Assembly: GCF_964204645.1 (NCBI RefSeq)
Contig: NC_134035.1
Span: 3,596,001-3,660,000 of the forward strand
DNA: 64,000 nt
Reading direction: 5' to 3'
Origin: Tubulanus polymorphus
Lineage: Eukaryota > Animalia > Nemertea
Each line of letters starts with the position of its first letter. Position 1 is the stretch's first letter. Both the position numbers and the translations under genes were made by a program. Under the pieces are notes generated by a model, which worked only from the letters and a program-made list of their open reading frames with translations, ran no database searches and was not told where the DNA came from. Shown one piece after another: positions 27,795 to 41,400 of this stretch.

Positions 27795-28255
27795 GTATTA
27801 TAGATTACAGCCTTAAGTGTTTGCGCGGATTAGCTCCTCAGTATAATCTCCAGGACTTATCGTCTGTTTATGAACCATCTCACTCACTTTGTTCCAGTAA
27901 TAGTAACAGTGTAGACGGCTGTCTTAGTTCCGCATAGAATTTAAAGACCTTTGGTGGACGTTCCTTCGGCGTCATCGTCTTCCATTTCGATGATTTCGAA
28001 CGAACGCTATGATAGATTTACTTACGTACAACATTATAAGATCTTCAGATATTATTTCATAGATAGATAGGTACATGAATAAGAATGGTAACCCAGACCT
28101 GAGCCCCGCCGCGGGGGGTGGGGGGTGCCTAATATGGGGCTTTAACCTTTTCTGTTCAAATTGTCTTACAACCTGTAACAACTCAGCCCATGAGACTGTG
28201 GACTTGTTCTCAATGAAATAGCCGCTTTACAAATGTCGCTGTTTATCACTATTGT
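27795..28255 (+). mobile_element. decayed 3' end of an L2/CR1-group LINE
   Basis: Translation LKCLRGLAPQY..QDLSSVYEPSHSL.SS...VP..NLKTFGGRSF matches the conserved ORF2 C-terminal motif of L2/CR1-type LINEs; contains frameshifts and stops. Confidence 0.65.
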
Positions 28256-28283
28256 AAAGAATTTTGAATCAATGAGGAAAGTA

Positions 28284-28336
28284 ATATCATATCATATCAT
28301 ATATCATATCATTATCATATCATATCATGTCATATC
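28284..28336. repeat. (ATATC)n microsatellite
   Basis: Direct reading. Confidence 0.85.
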
Positions 28337-28429
28337 AAGGCTTGATTCAGAAACAGTTACGAGTTTAGAGTCGAATAACTGAAATGAGCTTAAAATTCAA
28401 TGAGCTACCTTATAACATGCAATGACCTA

Positions 28430-28546
28430 GGGCCAGTTTTATAGAGTGGACTGATATTAACTTTTACCCGGGGGCTAGCTCAATTCATTTCCAGTGAAGT
28501 AAGCCACTGGGTTAAAAAGTTGATACCGGTCTATAAAACTAGGCCC
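28430..28546. mobile_element. short MITE, GGGCC termini (PIF/Harbinger-like)
   Basis: GGGCCAGTTTTATAGA...TCTATAAAACTAGGCCC; superfamily inferred from the terminus only. Confidence 0.55.
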
Positions 28547-31500
28547 TGGTCTTAAATCTAAATCGTGATCACGGAATCGGATCCCGGTTTCGAAGCACTG
28601 ACTGGAGATTAACATATCCCGGGCTTAAGCGTAGGAAGAAATTGAAATCAATTCGGCGTGTTTCATCACGATACACACATTCCTGTATAGTCGCCTGATT
28701 GTAATAGCTTTGCGCGCAAAGAAACATTTTATTTAAACAGTTGTTCTCGCGAGTATTTGCCCGTTTCAACAACGGCAAAGCAAAGCAGATTGCGACGGGA
28801 AATGTTGTTTGTTTTTAACTCGTTTTCTGAGACACCGGCGCGCTGTCAGTCGCAGGTACCGCGTCAGTGACGCAGGCAGCGGATCCCAGTCGATACGGCT
28901 CCGTTGTACGTAAACGAATCGAAATTCCGAACGAAAAAGTTGCCAACGTGCGTTGCGTCAATTTGGACGGGCTGCGAAGGAATTCGGCAATTTGTTTCGA
29001 CGAAGTTCCGCAGAAATATGCGCTCATTAAAAGAGACAACCGATTCATTTTTCCTGATCATACGATCAGACGATAGATCGGAAGATTTCGCCTTTTCGCG
29101 AAGTTGCTGAGTTGCCGATACAGTTAAGCGCTTTCGAAATTAGCGAATATAGTTGTTTCGAAATCTGACAAAAACAACACGATTATTGTATTAAGATTAG
29201 AAGACACGTATGATACGAAATGAAGTATCGCTGCAATAAATCGTAAGATTTCCCGAATACAGTCTCTGATTAACTAGCACTGTTTCGACAACAGCGAAAC
29301 GAAATGTAATTTTCCTTCGAGCTTTCCGAAATGCGAACAACAAATCATAAGATCTTAAGGTAAAGACATTTGATATTCGCAAGCCGTATGCACATATATT
29401 TTCGACTGTATTAAGCCGCGATTTATAAACGCGGATTAATTAGTCTGCTGACAGATAAAACCTCAAGTTTCATAACGGATTGGCCGTGTATCCACTGCGG
29501 ATAATTCCAGTTGAGCCTAAGTATCGCGGCAATCGCGCATAAATCATTAAACGCGTCGACTACCTTGACTTCTTGTCCGCGATTGCCCGAGTTTTAGAAA
29601 CTGACAGTTGAGAAAGTAATTTTGAAACTTCATTTCGTCGGTTTCGAAATAATTTCGTGGGAGGGTATAATCGATCAGATCGACATCAAACATGGCGCAA
29701 AAGTGGTCTTAAACCATTTATATGTGTTTATCTATGATGCCTTACGTGGTTCGGATCTTGGGTTTCCCAAGATTAAACATAACCCTAATTAGATTGTTCA
29801 TTTAACCATATGGACTCAGTAAAACACGTTTCAGAGTCCATTTTAATTAACCTAAAAGTGTTGCCCCTACGCTGTAAGCAGCCTTTATAAGATTGATCCC
29901 AAGTTGTTAGATTGGCCATTGAGCTATAAAGATGTCTTTTAACTGGGCTGAATGTGTTAGATTGGCTATATAGAACCAAAATCAGCTAAGAATAGTCTTA
30001 CGTTTTATGATAAGCTAATGAACTAGCATGGTCTGACCCTTTGTTCCAATGAACGGAAATACTCTTCGAATGCGCAAACGTTTCCTCCGATTCTGTAACG
30101 TATGTTTTACAGCGCATTGAAACAAAGCGAAATGAGTATAATCTAATTCTTTCCCCTCTCAAACTATCATATTTTCATCGTACGTAACGACAATACTTCC
30201 GGCCGGGCGAAGTCGACGCGCTGCGCGTGGGCTTCGTGTAATCGATCAGCTTTCCAGCGGAAGTCAGAAGTGTGTATCGACAAATCTAATTGTTATTTTT
30301 CGCGACGACGCAGGAGACAGACGATCCGTTATATTCAATTTCTTTGCAGCCGACTTTTAACTCGCCGAAGACAAAGAAAACACAGCCGGCACGCGACTTC
30401 GTTCAACAAATGGCCCGGCATCCATTGCGCCAATACCTACTTCCGCGAACTGTGATTAATGCCGCGTTCACGCCGCGTGCGAAGGGAAATTATGTACCGA
30501 ATGTCAAAAACAGATTTTAATGCGAGTCGGAAATTGACTGTGTGTGAATATCCGCTTCAAGTATACTATCCCCTTTTTGTCGAATATTTCTGAATTTGGA
30601 TTGGTCGCCAGCAATGATCTCTTTTCTACACGACTCTCCGGAATTGCATCGAGCAGTCCGAGGTGATATTGATAACGACGCACAAAATCAAAGGAGAAAA
30701 AAAAACACGTAAAAAACGCGTTCGCCCAGAAAAACAAGAAACACACCGACACAAACCTACAGCGCCGTCTAGTGAGACGTGTTTCGCTAAACAGTGTTTC
30801 TTTTTTTCGGAACGATTCGCACAAAATCACGAAAGAAGCCAGAAAAACTTATGATGTTTCTAGTTTCTTGTTCATTTCACCTGTGCTGGCCGAAATTTAC
30901 AGAATGTCCTTTGCACGCGCTAATCTTACGAATCTTTAGCCAAGTATCGTTTCGAAAATTGTCTTGTAGACATTTCATCGACGTTCGATGCCCTACCAGA
31001 CAGCAGACAGCCTTGTCTTAATATAGAAATGTTTCTATTTATATTTTTTTGTTTAAGCCAAAAATAGGCACCGAGCAATTTTGAAGAGGATTATTAATCA
31101 ATTTACATTCTCGACGATTCCTTTCGCTAAAAGTTTCCAGCGATTCGATCGCCATCCTTGACGTTCGTACCGATACAGCCCGTATGGTAACCATAATAAG
31201 CCTCCAGCTCTGGTTTAGCAAAGTCAAATTATCCGCTCAGACGCGTGACGAATTGATTATAAACTAATCCACGCATTCTCATGAGGTTCCGGATCGATTA
31301 CAATTGAGGGATTTCAGATGTTGAACGCAGGTCATATACGTACCAAACAATCTCGGCTGCAAGGTTCGGTCTGTTGCTCCTGCCGTAAATCATAGATATA
31401 TACTGGACAATATTCTATAGCCATTCGAAGAAAACATCTACAATATTGAAGAAAAACTAGGAGAGTATAGTGATACGTTAAAACTCATTTGCTTAGAAAG

Positions 31501-32089
31501 TACTGACGTTTAGATTCAATCCTACAAGTCATTTCCAATACTAGCGTCGTTTCGATTCATTTTCTATGGTACATTTGAAAACTATTTTGTTTGAAAATGG
31601 CTCAGAATCGAGTGGCGCCGTAAGCGCTATCTTGGTTATAGAAATGGCTCATTATAACAAACGATTTAGTTTTTCTTACAGTCTTTCTTTATTTTATTGG
31701 TTTTTAAATTGAATTTAAAGACAGCCACTGTCTAGAGAACCAATTCATAGCCTTTGAGGTCACCGCTATACGCTATGGCGGCGAGACGCTTGAATTTCCT
31801 CGGGAATTTTTTCATTTACGAAAATATCTATCAGAATGCAGCGCATTTTTTACCTCCGTAAAAAGTATGTACGACGAACTGGCGCGGATCATCGCAGCGA
31901 TAACTTCGTTAGATACGCGACCGACAGAAAGCGACACTTCAAAAAACGACGAGCACCAATCTAATAGCGAAGACAACGATACCTCGGCTCGCAAGTCACG
32001 CGATAAGACTTTGAAGATGTTTCATCTGACTGAGAGAAAACATACAGCAACGGTAGATATTCATACAAATAGAATTTAGTAGAAATGTT

Positions 32090-32960
32090 TACGGAGGCGA
32101 CAGATAAGGGGCCTCTACGGTTGTCGCGTGCCAACGTTTTGACGACATATTTTGTTTTGTTGACCATTTCCACATGACAAATCGACAAATTCAACACTTA
32201 TATAAGATTATGTAGATTCAGGTTTCTTCAATTGAACCATTTAAACTTATTTTTGCTTGATGAATTATAGCTTGGCTTACTGGAGCTTTCATCCAGTTCT
32301 CTAGACTTGTCCGCGAACTGGGGTTTCACCAACTACAGGGTTCCCATGTCATCAGAGGAAACCCCAGTCGGCGAACAGGTCTAGAGAACTATCAGAAAGC
32401 TCCAGTAAGTCAATCTATAATTCATCCAGTGGAAATAAGTTTAAATGGTTCAATTATACGTATAAGATGAAGACGCCAGAAATATGACTGAGTCGATGTG
32501 AATATTGTGAGTTGTCACGAGGAAAATATTGTCGACAAAACGAGAAAAGATGTCGTCAAAACGTCACGATATGTCGACATGTCGACGTGACGCGATATAT
32601 CTTTATCAATTTGTTTTTTTTGTCTACTATATCTATTGCCTTATTCAATGAAATAATTCTCTAAGGCACTTAGACATAAAACGTTGATGCATTATAAAAA
32701 TGTGGCTAACCATAAGCTTGAATAAGAAGTTTGTTAAGAGCTGATCTAAAGTGGTAGAATTTGTCTATATTTTTCAAACTATCGGGTTAAACATTCCGAA
32801 GCATTCCTCCACAAGATCTGACGCCATAGTTAGATTTTGAAAAAAGGTTAAGTTTATTTCATTAAAAGATTGAAAGATTAAAAGTTTCGACTCGATTTAT
32901 ATCGTGATAATGTTGACAAAAATATGGCGACGACTAGAGGCCCCTTATATCGCTTTCGTG
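32090..32960. mobile_element. old copy of the TACGG MITE with a nested fold-back element at 32230-32455
   Basis: Termini TACGGAGGCGACAGATAAGGGGCCTCTA and TAGAGGCCCCTTATATCGCTTTCGTG. Internal ~225-bp hairpin AATTGAACCATTTAAACTTATTT...AAATAAGTTTAAATGGTTCAATT. Confidence 0.65.
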
Positions 32961-33901
32961 GAAATGCTTTGCGTACGAGGACACGTCCTCGCTCGCTGAG
33001 CTCGTATTCCGGGCGGGTTGAATACATCTCCATCATTACGAGTCAGTTCTGTATTGACATTTTGAAATGACATTTCACGACATGTCGGATTTACGTACGT
33101 ATGAAAACAATCGCTTTGTTATTTATAGCCGATAGCTGTCGTTTTCAGGATCAAAACGCGCGTCTCGACTCAGTCAAATCGAATGCGATGATAAAATACA
33201 GCGACAGACAATATTATATTCTTCGTTGATCTTTCGAGATAAGTAAGTGAAATAAAGGCACGATTGACCGGTCGGTGAACTCTGTTCTCGAGACGGGATG
33301 AATTCGTAAATTTCGCGTAAACCGGTTTGCATGTCGTATCCTGATAATGACATAATCGATGGATCCGAGTCGATCGCGTCGGAACGTGTATTCATTAATT
33401 ATTATTAGGTTACGCGAATTATCAGAATTGACATAGAGACGACGGTTTCGAGTTGAACAGTTCCTGCGGGTTGAAACGGTGTTAATAACGACGGTTAAAC
33501 CGCCGGTCAAAATGAGCCGCGCGGTTCATTACCGTAAAGCCTCGTAGGCTCTCTATACAGCCTGCGCATCGACGTCGAGTGCAATGATTAAACTTGATTA
33601 TCAAAGAAATTAGGAGTGGGCAGGGATTTGTATTCATTCGCCCGTAGAGCTTTCATTCGTCACACGGCCAATTCATCATCCGTGCACCTATAGCGTCGCA
33701 GCGCGTCATATTGGACGTAAAGCGTTAAATCAGCTATACAACTCTACCAGAAATTGTTTAGAACATTGCTCGTAGGCCAACCGAAATAAAAAGTGAACGT
33801 TTTACGTCCACTATGACGCGTGTAAACATTACGTCAGTCCATGCCTCTATTTAAGAGGGAAAACACTGATGACACCTATATCTATCAACGTCTCGAGCGG
33901 T

Positions 33902-34173
33902 TGATGACGTCATATCCGATTTGGTCGATGTACGGACGTTGTTGGTCATATCTGATTCATTTTGATTCAGTCAGTTGGTGAGAATTGCTCAAATTCAAAA
34001 AAAAAAAAATTCTAAAAGTTGAATGAGGTAGTGACACCTGTTTCCATTTTTAAGACGAACGAACGTCTTAACCGGATGATGACGTCATATCCGACTTGGT
34101 CGATGGATGGACGATGTTGGTCATTTCTGGTTCATTTTTCTCGTTCAGTCAGTTGTTAAGAATTCCTCAAATT
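33902..34173. repeat. ~95-bp direct duplication, each copy starting with a perfect TGACGTCA
   Basis: GATGACGTCATATCCGA(T/C)TTGGTCGATG...CTCAAATTC at ~33903 and ~34078. Confidence 0.75.
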
Positions 34174-35340
34174 CGCCTGACGAATAAGTTTCTTAAAGTT
34201 GTGAAAGCTAGAAGCACATCCCTTTTGTTGCGTTGTTTTGAACAACGATGTTTGACACGCCGTTTGCGCAAATATGCGCAGCGCAGTTTTTCCCCTTCAT
34301 CTATAGGCTTCTATTGTGTAGGAAATCTATTGATAGACGTCTTGTGCCTTTGGTTCTCAATTCATCGCGGCTAATAAGACTGTTGTGCCGACGTTGTAAA
34401 AACTCAATTAGATTTTCTAAAAACGTATACTTCGAAGATCTCACAGCGGCCGGAAGATATTGAAGAAAAAATTTCGTGATGTGTTCAGGATTTATGCATC
34501 TATGAGGATGATAAAATGTGGAAATGGAAGAAGCCGATGTGAAAAACATTAGAATTTCACTACTGACTAAAACCACACCCGTTTATCGCCCATGGAAAAA
34601 CGGCTCCTTTATACGAATGAGTGATTGATTTGATAATCACCGATATGAAAACTTATTCGAGTGTTCTACGTTTTACGTTTGTGCAGACGAATATCGATAT
34701 TTCATATCGCGCGCATTCGGTCGTAGACGCGAATCGATCCGAGGCTAACCGAGGTATATCAAACGACCGGTGAGGAATACCGCGGGCGAAAGGTTTTCCG
34801 ACGAACGTTCCGTTTTGAAAACGACTTAATTAAAGAGAACGCAAACGTTTGTTTTTCGAAAGAAGTTCGCCGTGGGTTTTTTTTCGCTTTTCGCTTTTGG
34901 TTTGTTTTCGGTTAGCGGCGGTTTGATGCCTAAAAGACTTGAACTTTGGTTTCATCGGCGAATTTCATACGAATGTCGATAAGAATATTATGTTCGCTAG
35001 AAAAAAAAAATGACGAGTCGACAATAATGATCGAAGTCGTTGCTGGCGAATGGTGAACTCTGGCATTATGGGCGATATTTTGCATGATAATGATATCAAC
35101 GCGCGTACAAATAGATCATCGCGAAACGTTTTATATTAGGCTATGGAAGAATATGGCGAACCATCGAGTACGTTGTTTTTACTATTCGAGTAACTGTTGA
35201 AGAAGAAAATGATGGAAAATGGAAAAACCGATGACACTGGTTCGAGTGTTTCGCTACTAGATCGTTGCACTACCGCTGCATACCGAGGAACGACACCGTC
35301 TCCCCGCACAAGAGCCCTAAAGACTTCTGAGTGCTCTTGC

Positions 35341-35750
35341 TCAGATATAGATGACTGGTGCACAGCTACAGATATGGACTAGGGGAAATAATACCAATAT
35401 CACTTCTCTCCAGGAAGAGATGACTGATACACAGTTACAGATATAGGCTAGGGGTAATAATACCAATATCACTTCTCTCCAGGGAGAGATGACTGATACA
35501 CAGTTACAGATATAGGCTAGGGATGATAATACCAGTATCCCTTCTCTCCAGGAAGAACTGACTGATACACAGTTACAGATAAAGGCTAGGGGTAATAATA
35601 CCAATGTCACTTCTCTCCAGGTAGAGATGACTGATACACAGTTACAGATATAGGCTAGGGGTAATGATACCGATATCACTTCTCTCCAGGGAGAGATGAC
35701 TTATACACAGTTATAGATATAGGCTAGGGGTAATAATACCAATATCACCA
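35341..35750. repeat. 69-bp minisatellite, ~6 copies
   Basis: Unit GATATAGGCTAGGGGTAATAATACCAATATCACTTCTCTCCAGGGAGAGATGACTGATACACAGTTACA; related single copy on the minus strand at ~62660-62720. Confidence 0.9.
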
Positions 35751-37043
35751 ATATCAAAGATGCATAGTGTCCAAGTGACTTAGATGTTTCGAATCCTGGT
35801 TGCGACAGTCGCCCGACCAGCAAAGCATCGAACACGTTTATGTGGGGACACGAAACAAACACCAATATCGTTTGAGTGCTAATTGATGATCGATATAATC
35901 TATAATCTTGATATGATTATGATCATCATCGTCATTGTTGAACGACTGTTCCGTATCATAGGATCACTGCTTATCGCGCGCTATGTTTAGACAGCCCTTT
36001 CGGGCGACGATTCGCTTATTCGGCGACGGGGATCGTGTGTGCTCAGGCCGGTGCAAATATGACCGAACGCGTCATAATCGCGACACGCCAAATTTTTTGA
36101 GCAAATACCAACGTCACGTGGATACGACGCTATGTCCGCCGCCAGTCGACGATATCGGAACGTCTGCGCTCGACAAGCGCTTACGCAAACACGAACCGAC
36201 AGAAAAACGTCATAATTTGGGTATTATTAAGACGACCGAGTGTTGACTTTGATGTTAGAAAAACTACTTTGTACGACGCGCGTATCATATTGTGTTTTCG
36301 GACTTTTTACGCCGGGCTCGTCGTCGGCATACAAATCGAAGAGATGTATCGTACTATGGATCTCTTCCGGCGACGAGATGAGATATTTTTTATTACCGAT
36401 CTGTCAACCTTGCTCTCCGCCGCGAACGGCCATTTCGATTCATAATCAAACCGTAAAATTGATATTTTTTACGACCGATAAAATGATACGGTGGCGCCAG
36501 ATTAAGGAGGCATAATTGCGGTGAAGATCACGCGAGTTCCTATTCTCGTAACGCGATTTGAGGTCGTTCGCGTTTGCGGCGGATCCTGACTCGAACGACG
36601 TGCGGAATTTAATCGTCTCGGTTTTCTAAGAAAATGTATGAGAATAACCATCAAAAATATAGCAACCGATCAGTAAAGCTGCGGGTAATTTGTAGACGGC
36701 AATATCCTGCGTCGCAAGACGACATCACGTCTGTTTCGAGTCGGTTGGTGTATTTCTGTCACCCTTGTACCCGTCAGAAAAGGTCATCGGAGAACGCGTG
36801 CCAACTGGTCCGTTTAGATTGAAGTATATTTCCCTCGATTCGCGTACTTCGCATTGTTAGAGTCCCAGTCGTCCGCCGAAAAAGATATCGGTATCGTGAC
36901 AGCTATGGGATACCGGCAACGCTGCAGCGGCAAGCGAGGGTTCGGCGATAATCCGCCAGGATCGTTAGTGGCACCGGGTTTATCCGGCTTCGATGTATAG
37001 ATCCTTCCAATAGTCTATATATGTATTGTAAATAGTTAATGTG

Positions 37044-37180
<137 letters not shown>

Positions 37181-38272
37181 ACGTTTTCATTCTCTAAATT
37201 TGTAGCATTTATTGTTTTGTAAATATTTGTATATACAAAGTATATCCATATATTGTCATGTGTAACATTTTTCCTCCTTATACCATGGAATGGTTGGAGT
37301 TTGAGTAAAATTGTAATCGTTATCGTAATCGTACCACGCTTCTGAATTTTCTTCTACACTTCAACTGAATTTGAATCCTCTTTTTTCTCATTAGTAAATC
37401 AATTTTCGGTGAAATCTGTACCATAAACTGTACGAGAGAAAGCGAATCGTATATCACTATCCGATGACTCGTTTGACTTATTTTCTGCTATGCGAAGTGA
37501 AGTTTATTCTGACCTTGAATTAGGTACAAGAATGCCATAGAAATATTTTCATGTAAATTAACACTTTTTAAATAACCGTGTTTTGCCGCGCCATCTGGTG
37601 AGTGCCGGTTAGACTGGTTACCGGCCTCTATCTTCAATTAGAATGGGACAGGTAACCAGTCTAAGTGCCGGTATGCCCCATTCGTATTGATACGTAACGG
37701 AATACAGCACCGGACTGGGTCACTTTAATTTTTCCATTCGTGTCATCAGCAACGCGAGTCCTCCTTCTTTCTTATAGCACACGGGCACGAAACGCACGAG
37801 ACGTTTATTCATTTTTCCGCGACTTATTAGCGCCCGTGCGGTTGTGCAATACCGTCGCTGAAGTCGTACAGTGATTCTATCGGATGTGCGCGGCGTATGT
37901 TGCTACAATAATTGGGGTCGAGTTGTAATCACCTGTGTGTGTGAGTGTCCACCGTATACGTTACCTTTAGGCTAGTATACGAAAGCAAACACGCCGTATT
38001 CTTTCATCTTATATATCAGTGATCAGGCCGCCGTTCTCCGCAAAAAAATCTACTCCCTCCAAACAGACACGTATAGCCGTTGGTATAAAGATTAAAGCTT
38101 GTCGATATATATAGAATAAAGCACGTTTGTTGTTCCTATCTTTAGATTAGATAAGCTATTACGTAGACGCCATTTAGGGGCATCGTGGCATTCAATGGAA
38201 AAAAATGGAGAGAAAAGAATTTAACCGATTAAAATGTTAAATAATGAAACGACAACAACAGCCAGCCAGCTG

Positions 38273-38406
38273 GGGGCCAGTTGGCTTGGTCAAAGGTTGG
38301 TTAGAGTTAACCAGTGGATAGTTTACATAGTGACAATCAAATATGCATTGTAACTATGGTATCTATCCACTGGTTATCTTCAACCAACTTTGGAGCGACT
38401 GACCCC
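38273..38406. mobile_element. short MITE, GGGGCCAGTT termini
   Basis: Palindromic: GGTTGGTT..TAACCAGTGGATAG / CTATCCACTGGTTA..AACCAACT. Related termini at ~8480 and ~46900. Confidence 0.55.
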
Positions 38407-41400
38407 CGTAGGGCTGACCAGAAACGAAGTAACAAAAGCATTATTTGAACTCGCAGGATTAGAGTGTTTTATTCAATTTCCCAGTTGGTTCGGATTTGAA
38501 TTTTGAGTTTTATACACTAATACTGATCGCTTGTGTTGACTTACAGATTATCAGAACTATGAATAACGATGTTTGATATACCGCGCGGAATGGAATGCGC
38601 TGATTTGAAAACCGTATCCCAGTTTTGTTAGGCCTTAAAGCGAGAATGCCCTGACACGGCAAATGTGAATCGTCGTCGTTCGTCGTCCATCAAAGATACG
38701 CGCGCGCGCGCGCGCGGCCTTTTTTCGCCTATATAGCTTTGGTCATTTGTGCATCCGTCTTCAAAGTCGAATTTATCGTTATTCGCGGTCCCTTGAGCAC
38801 AAAATTTCCCCGCTCAATTATAACTTTCGTTTCGGGTTCGCTGCACTCACCTTAGAAGCCCGTCGTCTAATCCGGTCGCAATAGCGTTATTGGCGGAAAA
38901 CAAGATATTCCCGGCAAATGGTGAATTTTTCCCACGGGGGTCAAAAAAGATAGCCGTACTCAGACGCGGTTGTGTTGCGTAGGTTACGACTCCAATATCA
39001 GCTGGTCTAAATTACTAATGGCAAACTTTTTTATTTTGGTTATTCCTCTTTGTTACCGATGATCGAATAACCTTTTTTCCTGCGCGTACGGATATTTCAA
39101 GAGATTGCGTCGACGTCATAAAAACGAACGTTATACGATATCTTTTATCTATTTACATCGTTTTTCGTCCCCCGGACATCGGAGAAAAAAGTTATCTTTT
39201 TCTGATTTATGAATGACGAAAATATAATGCGGGTATTTTTTTCATATGAGATATGATATAACTCGTCGGAAGCTCGATTTCGTAATTAAGATCATTTTTC
39301 CTAATTCACCGACGAGATTTATCTCGACAAAAATCTAAATCATTTCCATTGAATCGTTTATACGTTCCAAAGCATGAAACACTTGCCGCCCTGATGTCGT
39401 CTTTTCGAATGTCTCCCGGCTTGCGAATAGTAGAAAACGAATCAACAACATATAAAGAAAAAATGATTGGCTAATAATGACGACGTCATCTAAGCTGCGC
39501 GTGTATCGCTGCGCACTCGGGCTTGTGTGGCAGGAGCTCGTATCGTGTGGCGAGTCTCATCAGGATCGAATCCCTGTTGAGGGAGAGTGGAAGAATTCTC
39601 GAAACTGTAAGAAACACGATGAATAATGAATAAACACATTAACAGTGGAATTCTATTCATTTTTTACAACCGTTAACGCGTCAGCGTCATAATATTGGTC
39701 ACTGAAACTGGCTGGGGTTGATTTCAGGGTTTCGACTGTATCGTGTATCCTGAGTTTATGTGCTTTGTCACTCCTCTGTTCCGGTCATTCCACCTGATTG
39801 TTGCTGTTGATCAACAGCCGAAACGTCGTGTGGTTACATTTTGATAAATGTTATCATATAGAATCCTATTGCGGGACTTCTTCGTGTATAAATCTGCAGT
39901 TTACACGGTGTTTTATCTCATTGTATCCTGGTAATCGTCTTCAAGATTTTCAGTCGGGAATATACAATACTCGTGTGAATTGGACACATCGGGCCTGATA
40001 TACAAGTCGAAACGTCGTGAACGAAGAACTGCAGCTCGATGAATCATTTCGGCCTTGTTTTTCATTTCTGTATTGTGATAGTTTATCGGTAGAACATTGG
40101 CAGCGTGTATTACATATAAACATCACCTCGCTATCATGTTTCATCAACATCACTCCCGGCTTTAATGTCTACATTTTAACAGCGTTTAATCCCGGTCACC
40201 TGTAGATTTTTAACTTGATATTCATTTTCTCGAGTGTTTTGAATTACTTTTTTTTATAATCAGTTCGTGTTAATATTTCATGTCACCTTTTTGCTAAAAC
40301 GTGACGGCCCATGGATGAGCATTCACAAAATCTAAGCCCGAAACGATTTCATTCAATCATTTTGCGATTCATACCGGCTTGTTTCATCAAAAACAATGTT
40401 TTTTGCTTAAACCTTTTTTACTCTGATTAGGACCCCGTGCAACCCGCTAGAAGGCGTACGTTTCCGTAGAACCATACCCGATCAAAATTTTGTTCATTTT
40501 CAATCGTTCGTCTAGATTCTAAGCCTCCCGCATAAAACCTAGGTTCAGTTCAATATGAGTTCGAGACAAAAGATCGAGGTAACTTTTACCTCGATGTTTT
40601 GTCTCTTGGTGAAATCAGATTGATCTTTGAGTTGAACATATTCATCATTCAGAATTCGATAAATTATTGATAGATTTTAATCGAATCAAAGGACATATAA
40701 GATAAGATCTCCTACCATTCCTCATGGTATGTGGATGGAAAAAGTGCGCTTACGAATATCAACATATCCATAGAGAAGAATAACCACATTTTAAAAACGT
40801 TATCATTTAGAATATATACAAATACACAATACAGACAACTGGAGGGATCGCTGTACATATCTAAAAACTATCTTCTATAAATTGTGTTAATTGGAAATTC
40901 GGATGCCATAGTAGCTTTGCAGTCGTTGCGTAATTCACATCGTTTCAGTTTATCTGTTATTACGCTCCCATTCTAATTAAATGTCAATTTTGGTGTTTCT
41001 TGTTTTCTATTCAAGACGCCTTGTTATTTTAGATTCGTGGCATACACCTTAACGTTATATATGTAAGCCGGACGTACACGTAATACCGCGCAATCCGATT
41101 AAGGTACTGAATCATTCGCGACAATAGCGCGAACACGTGTAATCAATTAGTTTTACTGTTTGTGCCTTTGTGCGGATGTGCGTCCGATCCGGCGGCGAGG
41201 CGTGTAGCTCGCAGATATTATTACTATAATAAATACGTATCGATATCCGTCGAGCGATTGCGACCGTCGCCTGACCGACCATATATACGGGAAGAATGCC
41301 GCAGCGGTCGGCGCTGAAAACAACCGGCGCGCACTTCATCTCTAGTTCTTATCTTTATTGCCTCTCGTCAATTACCGCGATACGACGTCGATACAAGAGT

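Noticed and set aside
35341-35679. 112-aa Cys-containing repetitive ORF
   Set aside because: Product of the 69-bp (multiple of 3) minisatellite; no splice or start support.
39790-39832. additional hammerhead-like remnants (also ~18232-18262 and ~60486-60530)
   Set aside because: Core or stem II is mutated; counted only as decayed copies, not functional RNAs.
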